Shown: in pieces, positions 1 through 13,225 of the stretch
How the letters are laid out: every line of letters starts with the position of its first letter
Numbering within the stretch: position 1 is the stretch's first letter
NCBI RefSeq assembly: GCF_006345805.1
Contig: NC_042998.1
Span: 88,722,001 to 88,786,000, forward strand
DNA: 64,000 nucleotides
Source of the DNA: Octopus sinensis
Taxonomy: Eukaryota
Direction: 5' to 3'
Notes under the pieces: model-generated
What the model was told of the DNA's origin: nothing
Databases searched by the model: none
Seen by the model: the letters and a program-made list of their open reading frames with translations, nothing else
Translations under genes and position numbers: made by a program

Positions 1-110
1 TTAATCTTCAACAGACTGGAGCCTGGTGCAGCTCTCCAGCTTGCCAGCTCTGGTCAAACCATTCAACCCATACCACAATGGACAACAGACATTAAATGAT
101 GATGATGACG
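1..110 (+). mobile_element. RTE LINE 3' terminal fragment ending in (GAT)n tail
   Basis: Matches the RTE 3' ends at 38540-38645 and 51165-51262 (cagactggagcctggtgcag...aacccat...gacattaaatgatgatgat). Confidence 0.8.
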
Positions 111-127
111 ATATGTATGTGTGTGTG

Positions 128-175
<48 letters not shown>

Positions 176-181
<6 letters not shown>

Positions 182-1243
182 TAAATTAGAGACAAAACCA
201 CTATTATGCAAATCAAACAAAGAAAGACTTAATCCAATACATAAATTAATTTATATTATTTAGAAATTTAACAATTATTATTAATATCCACAATATATAT
301 ATTGTTGCTATTATGAAAAAGTGTCTTAAGTCCAAAATGTTGTTTCTTCAGAAAATGAAAAAAACAGTTTGACAATTCCATTTCTTTTTACATTAACAAC
401 AGTATCAGCTTAACGATAAAACTTTGTTGGGTACATAAAATCGTAACTCCATGCATGTATGATATTTTCAGTCAGAAGTATTTTTGCAAAACTGTCGTAT
501 GTGGAATTTACAGCACTTTTGATAAATGCTAAACTGTTGTACCAAACTTTGACAATTTCATATCTTGGCATCTGAAGCAGCTGGAGATACAATAATTTCA
601 TCAAAAGAATCGGCTATTGCAAGTAAAATTAAATATTGAAAAAAAAAACGCATTTGGCCAAATTTGGACATATGATAGTTTAACATTATAGCAATGAATA
701 TATATATATATATTATATATATATATTATATTAATTAGAGACAAAACCACTATTATGCAAATCAAACAAAGAAAGACTTAATCCAATACATAAATTAATT
801 TATATTATTTAGAAATTTAACAATTATTATTAATATCCACAATATATATATTGTTGCTATTATGAAAAAGTGTCTTAAGTCCAAAATGTTGTTTCTTCAG
901 AAAATGAAAAAAACAGTTTGACAATTCCATTTCTTTTTACATTAACAACAGTATCAGCTTAACGATAAAACTTTGTTGGGTACATAAAATCGTAACTCCA
1001 TGCATGTATGATATTTTCAGTCAGAAGTATTTTTGCAAAACTGTCGTATGTGGAATTTACAGCACTTTTGATAAATGCTAAACTGTTGTACCAAACTTTG
1101 ACAATTTCATATCTTGGCATCTGAAGCAGCTGGAGATACAATAATTTCATCAAAAGAATCGGCTATTGCAAGTAAAATTAAATATTGAAAAAAAAAACGC
1201 ATTTGGCCAAATTTGGACATATGATAGTTTAACATTATAGCAA

Positions 1244-1274
<31 letters not shown>
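176..1274. repeat. Near-perfect 549-bp tandem duplication bounded by (TA)n tracts
   Basis: Identical spurious ORFs at 410-604 and 959-1153 (offset 549). By eye the copies differ only by single-base indels near the TA tracts. Confidence 0.95.
298..700. mobile_element. About 400-bp MITE-like element with imperfect ~40-bp terminal inverted repeats (second copy about 847-1250)
   Basis: Left end tatattgttgctattatgaaaaagtgtcttaagtccaaa resembles the reverse complement of the right end, tatatcattgctataatgttaaactatcatatgtccaaa (read from the second copy). Both ends sit in TA tracts. Confidence 0.55.
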
Positions 1275-1278
<4 letters not shown>

Positions 1279-1955
1279 CTCTTGTGGAATTTCTCCCCAC
1301 TTTTCATGCAACAATCGAAACAATTCATCTTTAGATTTAGGTTTCTGTCAAATTTTTCATATAACTCTATCTAGTTTGCTCCAAAGATTGTCAATTGGGT
1401 TCATGTCAGGAGATTGGCTCGGCCATGGAAGCTTTTTGATCCCATTTTCAGTCAGCCATTGTTGATTCCTTTCTGCTGTTTGACATGGAGCCCCATCTTC
1501 CATGAAAAAATACTCATTTTTTGTTATTTTATCGTGAGAATACGTCGGAAGTAGTTCTTGCTTAAGTATTTCGATGTATTTTTCAGAGTTTATGGTTCCA
1601 ACACATTCAATCAGCTCATTGCTGGTGACAGCTCCCCACACCATTACAGAGATACCGCCATGTTTCACAGTTGGTTGAAGTCGTTTCAAATCAAATTCTT
1701 GATTGGGAAACCCCCAGACCCAAACACGTCCACTGTCTGAAAATAATGCAAATCTGGATTCATCTGAAAAAGTCACTCTATCCTAAAATAAACTGGATTT
1801 TTCTGACATTTCCTTGGCCCATTTCTTTCTTTTCATGATATTAATTGGTTGAAGGAGAGGTTTTCTTCTAGCTGCTCATCCATAATACCGAAGCTTATGC
1901 AGATATGTAACACACATTCTTGGACTAACTTCTAGCTGTTTTGCAATGTCAGAAG
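1275..1955 (-). mobile_element. Tc1-like transposase pseudogene A (HTH end through catalytic domain)
   Basis: Reads SDIAKQLEVS...ARRKPLL...VTFSDESRF...VMVWG...MEDGAPCQTA...WPSQSPDMNPIDNLW...KWGEIPQETI with in-frame stops. Cut at the (TA)n tract near 1274. Confidence 0.9.
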
Positions 1956-2965
1956 CTAAAACAGTCTCCAGTTCATGTAGTGATGATGGTGGAGGATATC
2001 GACTCCTTACTTATTTTTCTAAAATGCACCATAAATGTTCAATGATATTGAGATCTGGGGATTGTGGTAGCCAGATAAGATGTTTAGCTTCATTAGAATG
2101 TTCCTCGTGCCATTCAGTTACAACTTTCGCTGTGTGAATTGATGTGTTATCATCCTGAAAGATTGTGTTTCCCTCCTGAAACAGTTCCACAACCATAGGA
2201 TGAATTTGATCAGATAAAATGTTTAACAGTCTTGACTATTAATTCTGCCATGAAGGGAAACCATTGGGCCAGCAGATTTCCAAGATATATCCCCCCCTCC
2301 AGATCATCACAGATCCTTCTCCATGTTTAACAGTTGGGATAAGGCAGTCTGGGTCAAATACTTCTTTTGGCTGTCTCCACACATATACTCGGCCGGTGGT
2401 CGGAAATAAAGTAAAAGCTGACTCGTCCGAAAAAATTACATTCTTCCACTGCTCTAAGGACCAGTTCTGTAGGTTTCCACTCCATTCTAAACACTTTGCA
2501 ATGTTTGTTTTTGAAAGTAGTGGTTTTCTGATTGCAGCCCACTTATGAAATCCGGTTTTGTGCAGCTTCTGACAAATAGTTTTTGTGGAAACTGGGTTCT
2601 CAAGGTGGTCATTAAGCTCTGCACTAATTTTGGGAGCTGTACTTTTGTGATCCTTTCAGACACTTCGCATAAGAGTCTGATGGCCCCTGTCTAAAAGTTT
2701 TGGTTTTCTTCCGGAGGTTTGTTTCGACGAGGAGGTTTTTCCTTCTTTCTCAAAGGCTGTCATTACTTTCAAGACTGCACTTCTTGATACACTAAACATT
2801 TCGGCTGTTTTCCTTACACTAGTGCCTGCTGTATGAGCACCAACAATTTGACCTCTTTGAAAGTCCGATAGATGTCATTTTAATGAATTTTAATTAACTT
2901 TTTCTGATGATGTCTGAAAACAAGCAATTTTAGCAAAACATATTAGGCAACACTAATAATAAATC
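1952..2965 (-). mobile_element. Tc1-like transposase pseudogene B (N-terminus to near C-terminus, DD36E spacing)
   Basis: Reads LSDFQRGQIVGA...SGRKPKL...AAIRKPLLS...IFSDESAF...FQDDNTSIHTAK...WLPQSPDLNIIEHLW with frameshifts and stops. Confidence 0.9.
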
Positions 2966-3069
2966 CTTATTGCCCCTTGACCACTTCATTTCTCTATGTA
3001 TTCCATCCCACCAAATTATGAACTTAACAATGCTGACAATTGTCTCTGCTTACAAATGCTCAATTTCAC

Positions 3070-3745
3070 TCATTTCTAAATACCTCAATAAGTTTCTCTA
3101 ATTCTTTGTTACCCTCCTTCCCTCAAACATTCAAGATACTAATCATGCTTTTTATCTCTTCAAATCCTGCACCTTCATACCTAGTTTCCTTATACTCCCC
3201 TTCACTTTAGATATTAAACTCTATACACTGACACCCCATATGATGTACTTGATGGTCTTCTCACTGCCAGGTACACTGTTATCATACCCTTGTGGCTCTG
3301 CTCTCCTTTGTGTTAAGTTTGTCCTTTGATATTTCTATTTCTACCATGAATTTTATCTGCAGATTGCTGGTGTAGACTTTGGAACTAAGATGAGACCTGA
3401 CTTTGCTAAATTGTTTGTTGGTTATGCGGAGGCTCAAATTTTTGCCCATTTTACTGGTCCCATCCCTGAACTGTATGATAGGTACATTGATGATTGCAGT
3501 GGATCCACGACTCTCACCCATATTTAACTCTTATCTCACCTCTTTATCAACTTAATTGATTCCTTCCACCTAGCATTTGAGTTCACTTTCACAATCTCCT
3601 CCTATACTGCCAATTTCCTTGATGTCTTTGTCACAATTGAGTACCTAAGACTCGATCTTTGATCATCCACATTCTGTAAACTGACTGATTCTCTCTCTTA
3701 CTTCAGCCTTGCTTTTTCCCACCCCAGTCACTCATAGTCTTCCAT
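3070..3745 (+). mobile_element. Penelope-like element reverse transcriptase relic
   Basis: Degenerate frames give FTLDIK.LYT, GVDFGTKMRPDFAKLFVGYAEAQIF...PIPELYDRYIDDC, FHLAFEFTFTIS...NFLDV and KLTDSLSY...SHP. These follow the PLE RT pattern (GxAMG..., RYIDD, FLD, KxTD..SxHP). Confidence 0.8.
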
Positions 3746-4299
3746 ACTTTTTTTTTAAGACAGTTCATGGAATCCCCCAACCATACATTTGTGGCTCCCT
3801 AGAGGTCATGTGGACCCTAAGTTTGGAACTATTGTCATACAGATTTTAGATTACACTCTTTACTAAACAGCTATGGTCTGCAATGATATATTACTTGGAA
3901 TTGTACATAAATTTCATTCAATTACCTAATGATGTGATTATAAGTATAAAAGATTGCAACTAACTTACATTCTCCTTCAATACTAATTAATTAGGTCATT
4001 TAGGTAACAGAAGCTAACTACTTCTAAAAGCCCATCAAGAATTTGAAAGAATTCATAGGTAGGAATTTCATATAGTGTACCCAATGTAAATTGGTTCATG
4101 AGCAATTTACAGAGAAGATGGGCTCTATATATGGCAGATGTGTTTTAATGGCAACTATTGCAGCACATTTGCTACATAATGAGTTTTATCTTTTCTCTAA
4201 GTTTGTGATTCCATTGCTTGTGCACTCATACTTCACATAAAGTACTCCATATGATTTTTTCCTTTTCAATTCCTTTTCTTTTTTTTTTTTTTGCATATT

Positions 4300-4880
4300 T
4301 AAACATGACTCACTTTCTGGATGACAGCAGCATCCTGTTTTCTTCCAAGTTAACTAGAATTTTGTTTTTGCTAAGTTTACTTTAAGTTCTTTTAATTTCC
4401 TTCTGTATTTGGAATTTATTCCCAAATTTTTCAACTCATTCAGCTATGAGAACTAGATTATCAACTAAAAGAAATTCTCATACACAGCTGGTCTTAAACA
4501 TCTCTGCTATACCCCAGAGGACTTTAATAAACAAGATTGAGTTGAGAACTGAGCCTTGATGAATACCTATTTGCTTGCTAAATTCCTCACTGAACTCACT
4601 GCTAACTTTCACCTTCATGATAGTATATCTGTAAATGGCCAGCATGGCTCACAGTTCATTCAGTTACATTTAGTTTTCTTACTAACCACCATAATACAGA
4701 GCCATGGTTTTCTCTAGGTCAGTGAATACTATGTATAGTGGTTTGTTCTTTACTAAGAACATCTGTAGTAGTTGTCTCAGGAGGAAGAGGGCATCAGTGG
4801 CACAAACCCAAACTGCTTCTCATCTAAATTAATTTTCTTCCTAATTAGTTGCACTATTTGCTCTCTGTTGGCTGTTTTGC
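4300..4880 (-). mobile_element. Old RTE RT fragment
   Basis: Minus strand reads LDEKQFGFVPL and VKVSSEFSEEFSKQIGIHQGSVL, homologous to the intact ORF at 27019-30186. Confidence 0.7.
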
Positions 4881-5194
4881 AATCACAACTGGTCACACTG
4901 ATTGATGTTTCCCTCTCTCTCTTTTCTCCCTCTTTCTCTCTCTTCCTTCTTCCTCCCTTTCACTTACACACTCAACAGTTTCATTTTAAAATTAATTCAA
5001 GTGGATAATTGGCCATGTTCAGCTCAGGCAACTCATGAATGAAGCATATCATTTCTCAAATCTCAAAGAAGCCACAATGAATGTGCTAAGTTTATGTAAA
5101 GTGAATAATTATTGTTTCTATTACTTTTATTAATATTTAATTTCCCCCTCAACTGTTAGACATTGTAACTGAATAAAATTCTACATGAAACAAA

Positions 5195-5800
5195 TGTGGA
5201 CTCTGCAAGCTGCAGTGGAGACAACCTGTCTGGGAGAGATGCAACCCCATATAAAAACTGGTACAGTGTAGGGGGGATGCTTCAGTCTTGTCTTACAGCC
5301 TCTTGTATGGTTGGAATTACAAAATGCATTCTGTCCAAACTCTTAAATGTTTAGTGAGAGAAAGGGCATTCTGTTTTTAAAATAAAAAAATAGATAGCAA
5401 AAATCACTGAAAAAAGAAATTTAATTGTATGTACATTGCCAGCATTTACTATGATAGTGCTGCAGATGGAGGTATGCAGGTGCGAACCTCATAAGTCATA
5501 ATTGCACTATCACACTAACTCTTGCTTTCAGATGCAGGAAACAGACATCTAACTACCCAGAAATCACGGGAAATTCTTCTGTCCTTGAAATTTCAGGGTT
5601 GCCACCATCATTGTTGGCATGATGAAAAATAATACTGGAGAGATTGTTGAGATGCTGGAGCAGAGATGAATAGATTTATGCTGTGTCAGATGGAGGGAAA
5701 CCTCAGTCAAACTCTTCATAAGCAATGGATACAATTATACAATCTTTTTGGTTTGTAAAAAGTACTGAAGTTGGTGGAATAGACTTATTGGTGGAAGAGA
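5195..5800 (+). mobile_element. Old RTE 5' region (putative 5'UTR plus degenerate AP-endonuclease start)
   Basis: From about 5595 it reads RVATIIVGMMKNNTGEIVEMLEQR*IDLCC, matching RVGTLNVGTLKGRSGEIVEMLERRCVDICC of the intact copy. The UTR extent is a guess. Confidence 0.6.
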
Positions 5801-6089
5801 AATGTATAAAGTAGAGTATATGACAGAATAATAAAGACTAGACTGATCTGAGGCAACATTGCAACAAAAGTAAATTTTGCATATCACAATCCGAAGTGAC
5901 AGATGAGCAAAAGCACTGTTTTTCTGAGGCCAGCTTATCATTGTGGCTGGTGATTTAATGTGCATGTTGGGAACAACCTTAATGTCTGACCCAATATGCA
6001 TGGTAGCTATAGCTAAGATAGATCTAAGCTCTTGGAGTTTTGTGATGCAATTAACCTAAACTTTAGCAAAAAATTAACAAAAATGCACA

Positions 6090-6300
6090 TGGCTGAGCAC
6101 TCTACAAACATGCATACCCTTAATGTAGTTCTGAGGGAGAGTCAGCATGACAAAATGTGACAAAGCTGCCCTTTGTATTACAGGTACTACTCAATTTAGC
6201 TAGCTGAGTTGACTGGAGCAATGTGACAAAGTGTCTCGCTCAAAGAGACAACACACCACTGGGTACTGAACTCATGATCTTATGATTGTGAAAGCAGCCA
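6090..6300 (-). mobile_element. tRNA-derived SINE fragment
   Basis: agctgagttgactggagcaatgtgacaaagtgtctcgctcaa is the reverse complement of the core at 13070-13120. Confidence 0.55.
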
Positions 6301-6904
6301 CTGGATCACCTTTCACTCAGAGTAACATACACTTCACACTCACTACAAAAAAAAGAGACAGGCAGATTGTTTTCCCAATGAAGACTGTATCACTAAACAT
6401 TGACTAGTGTTAGTGACAATCACACTCAGAATTAAACTGGTATTTCTCAAAATGGGCATTACTGCTTTCTATTGGTGATAGAAAATCTGGAGTACTGAGT
6501 GCAGAGGAGGTGGTAGGTGAGTGATAAATACATGTGTGCAGTTTTTAGGCTTTGTCTGCTGTTTAAATATTAATTAAAAAACAAGTGCATAAATAAATGA
6601 ATAAAACTGAATATGTACCACATATGCTTGTAAATGATAAGCAATGAACTAAAGTAAAATTTAAAAGTATGGTTTATAATTTGATTTTAAAAATAATAAA
6701 AAAGTTGTGGGTATTTTTATACATGCAGTAAAGGCAGTCATTGCATCGGTAAACATCTGGACTTATGTGTATATGTACATGTGGTGTATTAAATGTTGCT
6801 GAATCATAAGAAAGGGGCATTGAAAAGGGGCAATAGCTAAAACAGTTTCAGAAGCCTTGTGGTAAGCATACCTAGAGACTCGACACACTCTAGAGAAAGA
6901 AGGT

Positions 6905-7135
6905 ATCATTGTTATCATCATCATCATCATCATAAATTTTTAATGTCCATGTTCCATGCTGATGTCGGTCATATGGTTTGACAGGATCTGTCATATCCCA
7001 GGACTGCATCCTGCTCTAGTGCCTAAGGGCATGATTTATATGGCTGGATGCTCTTCTTAATGCCAACCACTTTACAGCATGTGCAGGTTTTTTTTTCTTT
7101 TCTTTTCATGCCACCAGCACTAGTGAAGTTGCCAT
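6905..7135 (-). mobile_element. Old RTE 3' end fragment
   Basis: (CAT)n followed by taatgtccatgttccatgct...ggctggatgctcttcttaatgccaaccac. Confidence 0.7.
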
Positions 7136-7589
7136 TCAGTTTACAAGACTATGAATCTCAAGGAGGCTGGCTTTATACTAGGGGATGAGTAGTGGAAGCT
7201 AAATAATCTTTTGGCCAGATGTAGGTTCAGGGAAGTACTATATGATAATGTATGTCAAGGAAGAAGTGATAGAGACCTATAATATAGAAGAATTGGAAAT
7301 CATTTGCTGGAGTAAAGTTTCAGTCAGTAGTGAGAGGGTTTGGTAGATAGGGTTGTCACAGCTAACTAATGAATCTGGAAAGAATAGAAGAGAACAGGAG
7401 TTGGGGTAAGAAACAACAGTGGGTAACTAGAAAAGAAGACAAATGTCAGGTATACTTAGTAAGGAGAGATGTAGCAAGAAGTTTTTCAGTGTCCTGCTAC
7501 ATAGATATGAACTGTTCTGGATAGTAGATAAGTGTGTCAGTATTAATTCAGGAGATTGTTACTGAAAAGTCTGTATGTAATGATTATTT

Positions 7590-7900
7590 TTGCCCTTGTT
7601 TCACTAACAGTGAGAAGAAGGAATCATAGGAAAGTTACTGTGAGAAGTTGTTACATGAGGGGAATGCAGAGGAGGAGAAAGAGAAAATGAAAGAAAGACA
7701 GAAAACAGAACTACCTGTTAATAGACCCATCAGAGGGATTAGTTATTTAAACTGACAGCTTTTATTGTTAAAATGCCTATGAAGGATATGAAAACTGGGA
7801 AAGCAGCCAAAATATCAGAGATAGTTCCGGAGATGTTGAATCCATCCAGTAGAGTTGAAATCATATTGTACCAGAAAGAGTTACAATAAGTGACAGAGCA
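7590..7900 (+). mobile_element. Old RTE ORF fragment
   Basis: YCEKLLHEGNAEE and MKDMKTGKAA..SEIVPEML align to YERLLNEENEWD and IRSMKTGKAPGPSGITAEML of the intact copy. Confidence 0.6.
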
Positions 7901-8125
7901 CTGTTAGAATTTATGTTCTACATGAAAAGTAATGAATAAAAGAACAAGTTACATATAGTCATAATTCTGACTTGTGCCATATATGGAAGCTTCATTAGAT
8001 TGATGTGAAACCATTAATCATCATAGTGCTATCTTTAAATGAAGAGCTATGTCTAAGTTAAAATGTAATATTTAGAGAACCTGTTGCATCTAATTTGATT
8101 GCATCTTTTCCTTTATATTTTTCAG

Positions 8126-8170
8126 AATTGCAGTGGACTGGAAGCGTTTTTCTTAGGAATCTACAATTTA
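8126..8170 (+). CDS. Candidate 45-bp exon of an unidentified host gene
   Basis: Strong acceptor (cttttcctttatatttttcag) and perfect donor (gtaagt). Open as NCSGLEAFFLGIYNL (phase 0) or xLQWTGSVFLRNLQF (phase 1). Could also be a UTR exon. Confidence 0.6.
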
Positions 8171-9704
8171 GTAAGTTTATTAATTTATTTTCCAATATTT
8201 TATTTGATTCTTTTTATATTTTGAGTCATTTTGTCAAAAGATGATTTATTAAAAAAGAGAAGAAAAAAAGCAAATAGGGTAAAAAATTAAGTTAGTATTT
8301 TAGCAATTTGAAGTAATATATGATTCACAAAGCCGATTGATACAAACGTATTTGATTAGTATTTTCTTCACAGCTGTAGAGATGATAAATACCCCTCATT
8401 ATTTTCTTCACTTAGCAGAGAAAATAAAAACTGTTTTTAAAACTTGTGTTTTATTCTATGTTTTATACCTTTGATTTTCATTGCTTTCTTTATTTGACTT
8501 ACTTACTACTTTTTGTCTCCTCTTTTACCTTTTCCAATGAATTGTAGTGCACCTGAGCACTGTATATAATAAGCTCGTTATTATTTCTATCACTTATGCT
8601 CTTGTAGATCTTGTTGAAGTGTAAGAGGAAAGACTGAAATGTGATCTTATAGTCTTATAAAAAATGTGGTATAAATAAGTGAATCTAAAGATCCATTCTT
8701 CAACAGTGTTAATTACAACTTTTTTTCCAGTTAACTGAATGATTTAAAATCTATGGAATTTATGTCTATAAGATTTTTGATAAATTTATAAATAAAATAT
8801 ATTGACATCCAACCCATGGTAGCATGGAGAGCGGACATTAAACGATGATGATGATGATGTCACAAGTTATTGATATGGTGTTGCAACATCAGCTGATATG
8901 CTATCACTTCGTATCCTTTTAACTGCATTTTGTTTCATCCATAGAAAAAGCTTAATATTCATTAATCTAGTAAATATAGCTGCTAGTTGGCATATTAAAA
9001 TGTTTCAGTTTACTGTTGTCTTTAAATAGTAGAGACACTGTATACTTGGCAGTTGTTCTGTTGATTTTAAAATCTAAGGAAGAAGAGATGGCGCAAAACT
9101 GCGAGTAATGTTTCTGTGAATAAGTCCTCATCATCATCATCATCATCATCATCATCGTTTAACGTCCGCTTTCCATGCTATTGGTCAAAATTTAGAAAAT
9201 GTAATCTCTAATCTAGAGAGAAATGACCTTGTTGAAGGAAAGATTTTATGACTTATATAACAATACTTTTTACTATTGTATTGTTGTTCTTATCAAACCT
9301 GGTCCAGCAGACCTATGATCTGGACATGACAACCATAACTGCTACACCTTTTTAAAAGTATTGAGGACTACATAATCTAATGTGTCCTCTTTTATAATGT
9401 AAGAGGTGTGGGGTTTTGGGTAAAATTTTACTGCTACATCATGCAAGTTGAATGACTAGTGAGTTACTGCTGATGGTATGATTGCTTATTCATATTCCTG
9501 CACAGGCATTGCACTGTGTCACTATTTAAGATATTCAACTTTCAGTGGACCATGTAATTGTTTATAGATGCTGTGTAGAGTTACAGTTGAGATAATTCAT
9601 TACAGATAATTATTTCATTAGTATTTTATTGGACTGATGTGTTGAAAGTAAATCCTGTGAATAAAACTGGCATTCATACCAATGAAGTAGAAGAAATACC
9701 TCTG

Positions 9705-10130
9705 AGCTGCTTAGCACAGTGAAAACTTAGGATGGTTAAGAAGTTTGCTTCCCTATCACAGGATTTCAGTTAGGTCCTATTAGATGGTACTTTGGTTAAG
9801 CATCTTCCATTGATTTAGGCAAACCAAAGCCTTGTGAGTGGACTTGGTTGATGGAAGAAAACTCTGTGTGTGTGTGTGTGTGCACATGTGTGTCTCCTTT
9901 TGTCTTGACATTGTATGATAGTTGCAAATGAGCATAACTATCATACAAGCGGTGTTCTTTGTTTCTTATCTTCTGTGAAAGCATGTCAGGCCATGGAAAA
10001 TGTTACAGTGTTTGAAAATAAGTGAGAGTTGGTGATGAGAAGTGCTTCTAGCTATAAGAAATCTGGTTCAACAAATACTGTCTGACCCATGCAAGCATGG
10101 CAAAGTGGATGTTAAAATGATGATGATGAT
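9705..10130 (+). mobile_element. tRNA-derived SINE with RTE-like 3' tail
   Basis: Core caaagccttgtgagtggacttggttgatggaagaaa is shared with 38890-38940(-). Ends with cccatgcaagcatgg...gttaaaatgatgatgat. Confidence 0.65.
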
Positions 10131-10193
10131 CTTTCAGAGACTGGTAAAATAACAAGAATTTATAGTGAAAAATCCTATATAAATTACTTTCAG

Positions 10194-10302
10194 TCAACAG
10201 TCTGCTACTATTTCAAGTCTAATTCGGCCCAATTATTGCTGCAAGCGTTTTGCCATTCAATGAATGTGTCGATTGAATCACAAGATATTGATGAATGGAC
10301 TG
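10194..10302 (+). CDS. Candidate exon of the same host gene
   Basis: Acceptor ttactttcag (alternative AG ending at 10200). Open frame STVCYYFKSNSAQLLLQAFCHSMNVSIESQDIDEWT. Donor G|gttcgt (or C|gtaaat at 10306). Phase-compatible with the 8126-8170 exon and non-repetitive. Confidence 0.55.
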
Positions 10303-11099
10303 GTTCGTAAATATATTGTCTGTTGAGTGTTTTTATTTATTGTTTATTTAATTACTTAATTATCAGTTAATTAATTTGTTTCCATGGAATATTTTTTTGT
10401 AGTCAGTTAGTCAGTTATAATGTTGGAGAGGTGAATTATTTTTTGTTTTAAATAGATATGCTGAGCGTTAAATATTTGTGAATGTAGTGCTGCACTCAAA
10501 AACAACAATTGCTGTGGAAGGGTTTCCATTCATGCCTCATGGAGCATGAGGGCAATATATTAACCACTTTTCTACCACTCCCCTGCTAATTATGTTTAGA
10601 TGCCAAATATGCATTATTAAATGCAAAAGGAATGTAGAAATAACTGATTCAGTAGACCAATTGATTATTTGCAAAATGTAATCCTTTGCCTCATAGTACT
10701 GAGTTGTAATCATGCCAGGGATAATTTTATCTTTCTTCATTTTTGGGTCAGTAAAATATTTACTGGTAATATACTGGAGTCAATTTAATCAGTTGAATTG
10801 GAGGTTGTGTATCTAATATAAAGGGAATTGTTATTAATTTTATTGCATTTATGGTTCTATTATATTTATTATTAAAAAAAAGTGTTGTGACATAAAACAC
10901 ACTTCTAGGTTAAAAATCTATTTAATTTTATCCTTTTATGGTTTGAATACCATCAATGTTAGTTTCACTTTTCCTTTCTCTGGGACTGGTGGTATATAAA
11001 TTATAGCTTAGTACTATAGCTGATTTAATTGACTTAACTCTCCCTGAAAATGTAAAACCCAGTCCAAATATTAGAAATTAGGTCACAGTGAGAACTCAC

Positions 11100-12025
11100 T
11101 GTGGATTGGTTGAATTCTTACAGCATCAGACAAAATGTTTTGTAGCATTTCTTCTGGCTCTTTACATTGTGAGTTCACATTCTGCCAAAGTAATCATTGG
11201 CTTTCATCCCTACTAGGTCAGTAAAATGAAATATCAGTTTATGCTGGGGTTGGTGATATTGTCTAATCCCACTCCACTCAAAATTGTTGGTTTGGTGCTT
11301 AAAGTAGAAACAGTCAGCATTCATGTCTATAATATAGGTGGCAAGTTAACAGAATTGTTAGTGTGTTGGACAAAATGCTTAGCAACATTTCTTCCAACTC
11401 AATACATCCCGAGTTCAAATTCTACTAGGGTCCACTTTGCCTCTCATCTCTCTCTGATTGATAAAATATGGTACCAGTCATGTACTGGATTCTATGTAAT
11501 TGTCTATCTCTTCCTCCTAAAATTGCTGGCCTTGTGCCAAAATTTGAAACAGTGTGTGTAATGCCCCATTGGGAGGATGACATGGTGGAAACTGTATACT
11601 AACATATTAGAATTAGTATCTTCATCTCATTTGTTGTTATAGTTACAATGCTTCTACGAGGGTACTTTCTGGCTCTTTTCAGGTGTCTGTTATACTCAGT
11701 AATGTTCTTAGAGTTTCACACTGAATTCTATTTTAAATCCACTGGGATTGGTGGTCTCATTCCAGTGCCCATACCTGGGATATTCTATCATTTGTTATTC
11801 AGCTACTTGTGATGTATTCTACTAGGGCAGTGGGCTGGTAGAATCATTAGTACACAGGGCAATATGCTTAGTGGTGATGTCCTAGTTTAAAATTCCTCTA
11901 AGGTTGACTTACCCTCTCATCCTTTCAGGGTTGATAAAATAAGTACCAGTTGAGAATTGGGGTTGATGTAATCAACTTAACCTTCTCCCCCCAAATTACT
12001 GGCCTTGTGCCAAAATTTTAACCAT
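11100..12025 (+). mobile_element. Three tRNA-derived SINEs with MetaSINE-like core (about 11100-11310, 11333-11550, 11825-12025)
   Basis: Each carries a variant of gagttcaaattc...tcatcctttcaggggttgataaaataagtaccagt and ends in a variant of ggccttgtgccaaaattt. Confidence 0.75.
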
Positions 12026-12979
12026 TATTAGTTATTCTACAACTTAAGATGTAATATTATTACTTATTCTGCTATTTATGGTCTTGCCTGAACTTGAGTA
12101 TATATTTTTTAACTAACTCAAATAACCAAACCACATCCACTTGCTAAATTACTAAACTTGACTTTTAATCAGTGCTTATATTCACCATCCCATTGTCTCA
12201 TAGCTTAGCTTGCGGGTGTGAATTCAATAAAAAGAGTACAACAAACAGTATATTCTCTGAATTGAGGGGATGAATTGATAAATTGTACTACTTAATCTGC
12301 AAGTCATGTAGTCTTGTGTCAAAATGAAATGTTATTGAAGGAACACAATGACTTTAAAATAAGACATGATGCCTGTGAAGTTTCAAATTCTACTGGTTAC
12401 ATATATGGTTAAGAGTTCAAAGCATACTACGGATGCCATGGACAGGGTTCATAACTCAACAAGCTTCAGTCTGACTAGCTTGTGTCTTTCCTGCTTCATG
12501 GTTATCTCAGAAATAGGAAAGACATGTTTGTAAAAATAGCTATTTCATACAATTGTCCAAATTCGCAAATAGCAATTCCATTTGTGCAAGCATCAGCTGT
12601 ATGGTTGTTTAGATTTTGGTCAAGAGAACTATCAGAGGGGATGTAAAACTTGTATTTCTGGCTGTGATGTTTTGTGTAAGCATGTCGGCCATCATAGTGG
12701 CACACCATCACTATAATTTTGTTGTTATCCACTTGTTGCAAATAGCTAATAGACAGATGAAAATTTAACATTCCTTTTATCTTTCTAGGAGAATTTTTCA
12801 TTTAGATAATGAAAGAAATGTTTCTTGAAGGAACAGACTTATTAAAGACATATATATCAGGCATTGGATATGTATGCTGTGGAAGGACATTTAATGAAAT
12901 AATATGACCTCCTCATATAACTGCAGACATTGTATGCAGTTGTATGTAAGTTTGTGTAAACAGTTGTGACAATTATTGT

Positions 12980-13225
12980 GTGGAGGCACATGGCTTAGTG
13001 GTTAGGGCATTGGACTCATGATTGTATGGTTATGGTCTCAGTTCCTGGGCTGAGTGATGCGTAATGTGTCCTTGAGCAAGACACTTCATTTCATATTGCT
13101 CCAGTCCATTCAGCTGGTAAATATGAGTCATCCTGTGACAGACTGATGTCCTGTTCAGGGAGGAATATATACACACCAGAGAAACCAAGAAAGCAGCCCT
13201 GTACTCCTTACAGAGTACTGTGGAC
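12980..13225 (+). mobile_element. tRNA-derived SINE
   Basis: A-box-like head ggcacatggcttagtggttaggg and core gtccttgagcaagacacttcatttcatattgctccagtccattcagctgg. Confidence 0.7.

Noticed and set aside
2904-2921. CTGATGA...GAAA hammerhead-like motif
   Set aside because: No stem II or flanking stems, and it lies in the Tc1 5' leader.
5000-5260. HDV-like ribozyme expected at an RTE 5' end
   Set aside because: Too decayed. I could not build the nested double pseudoknot by eye.
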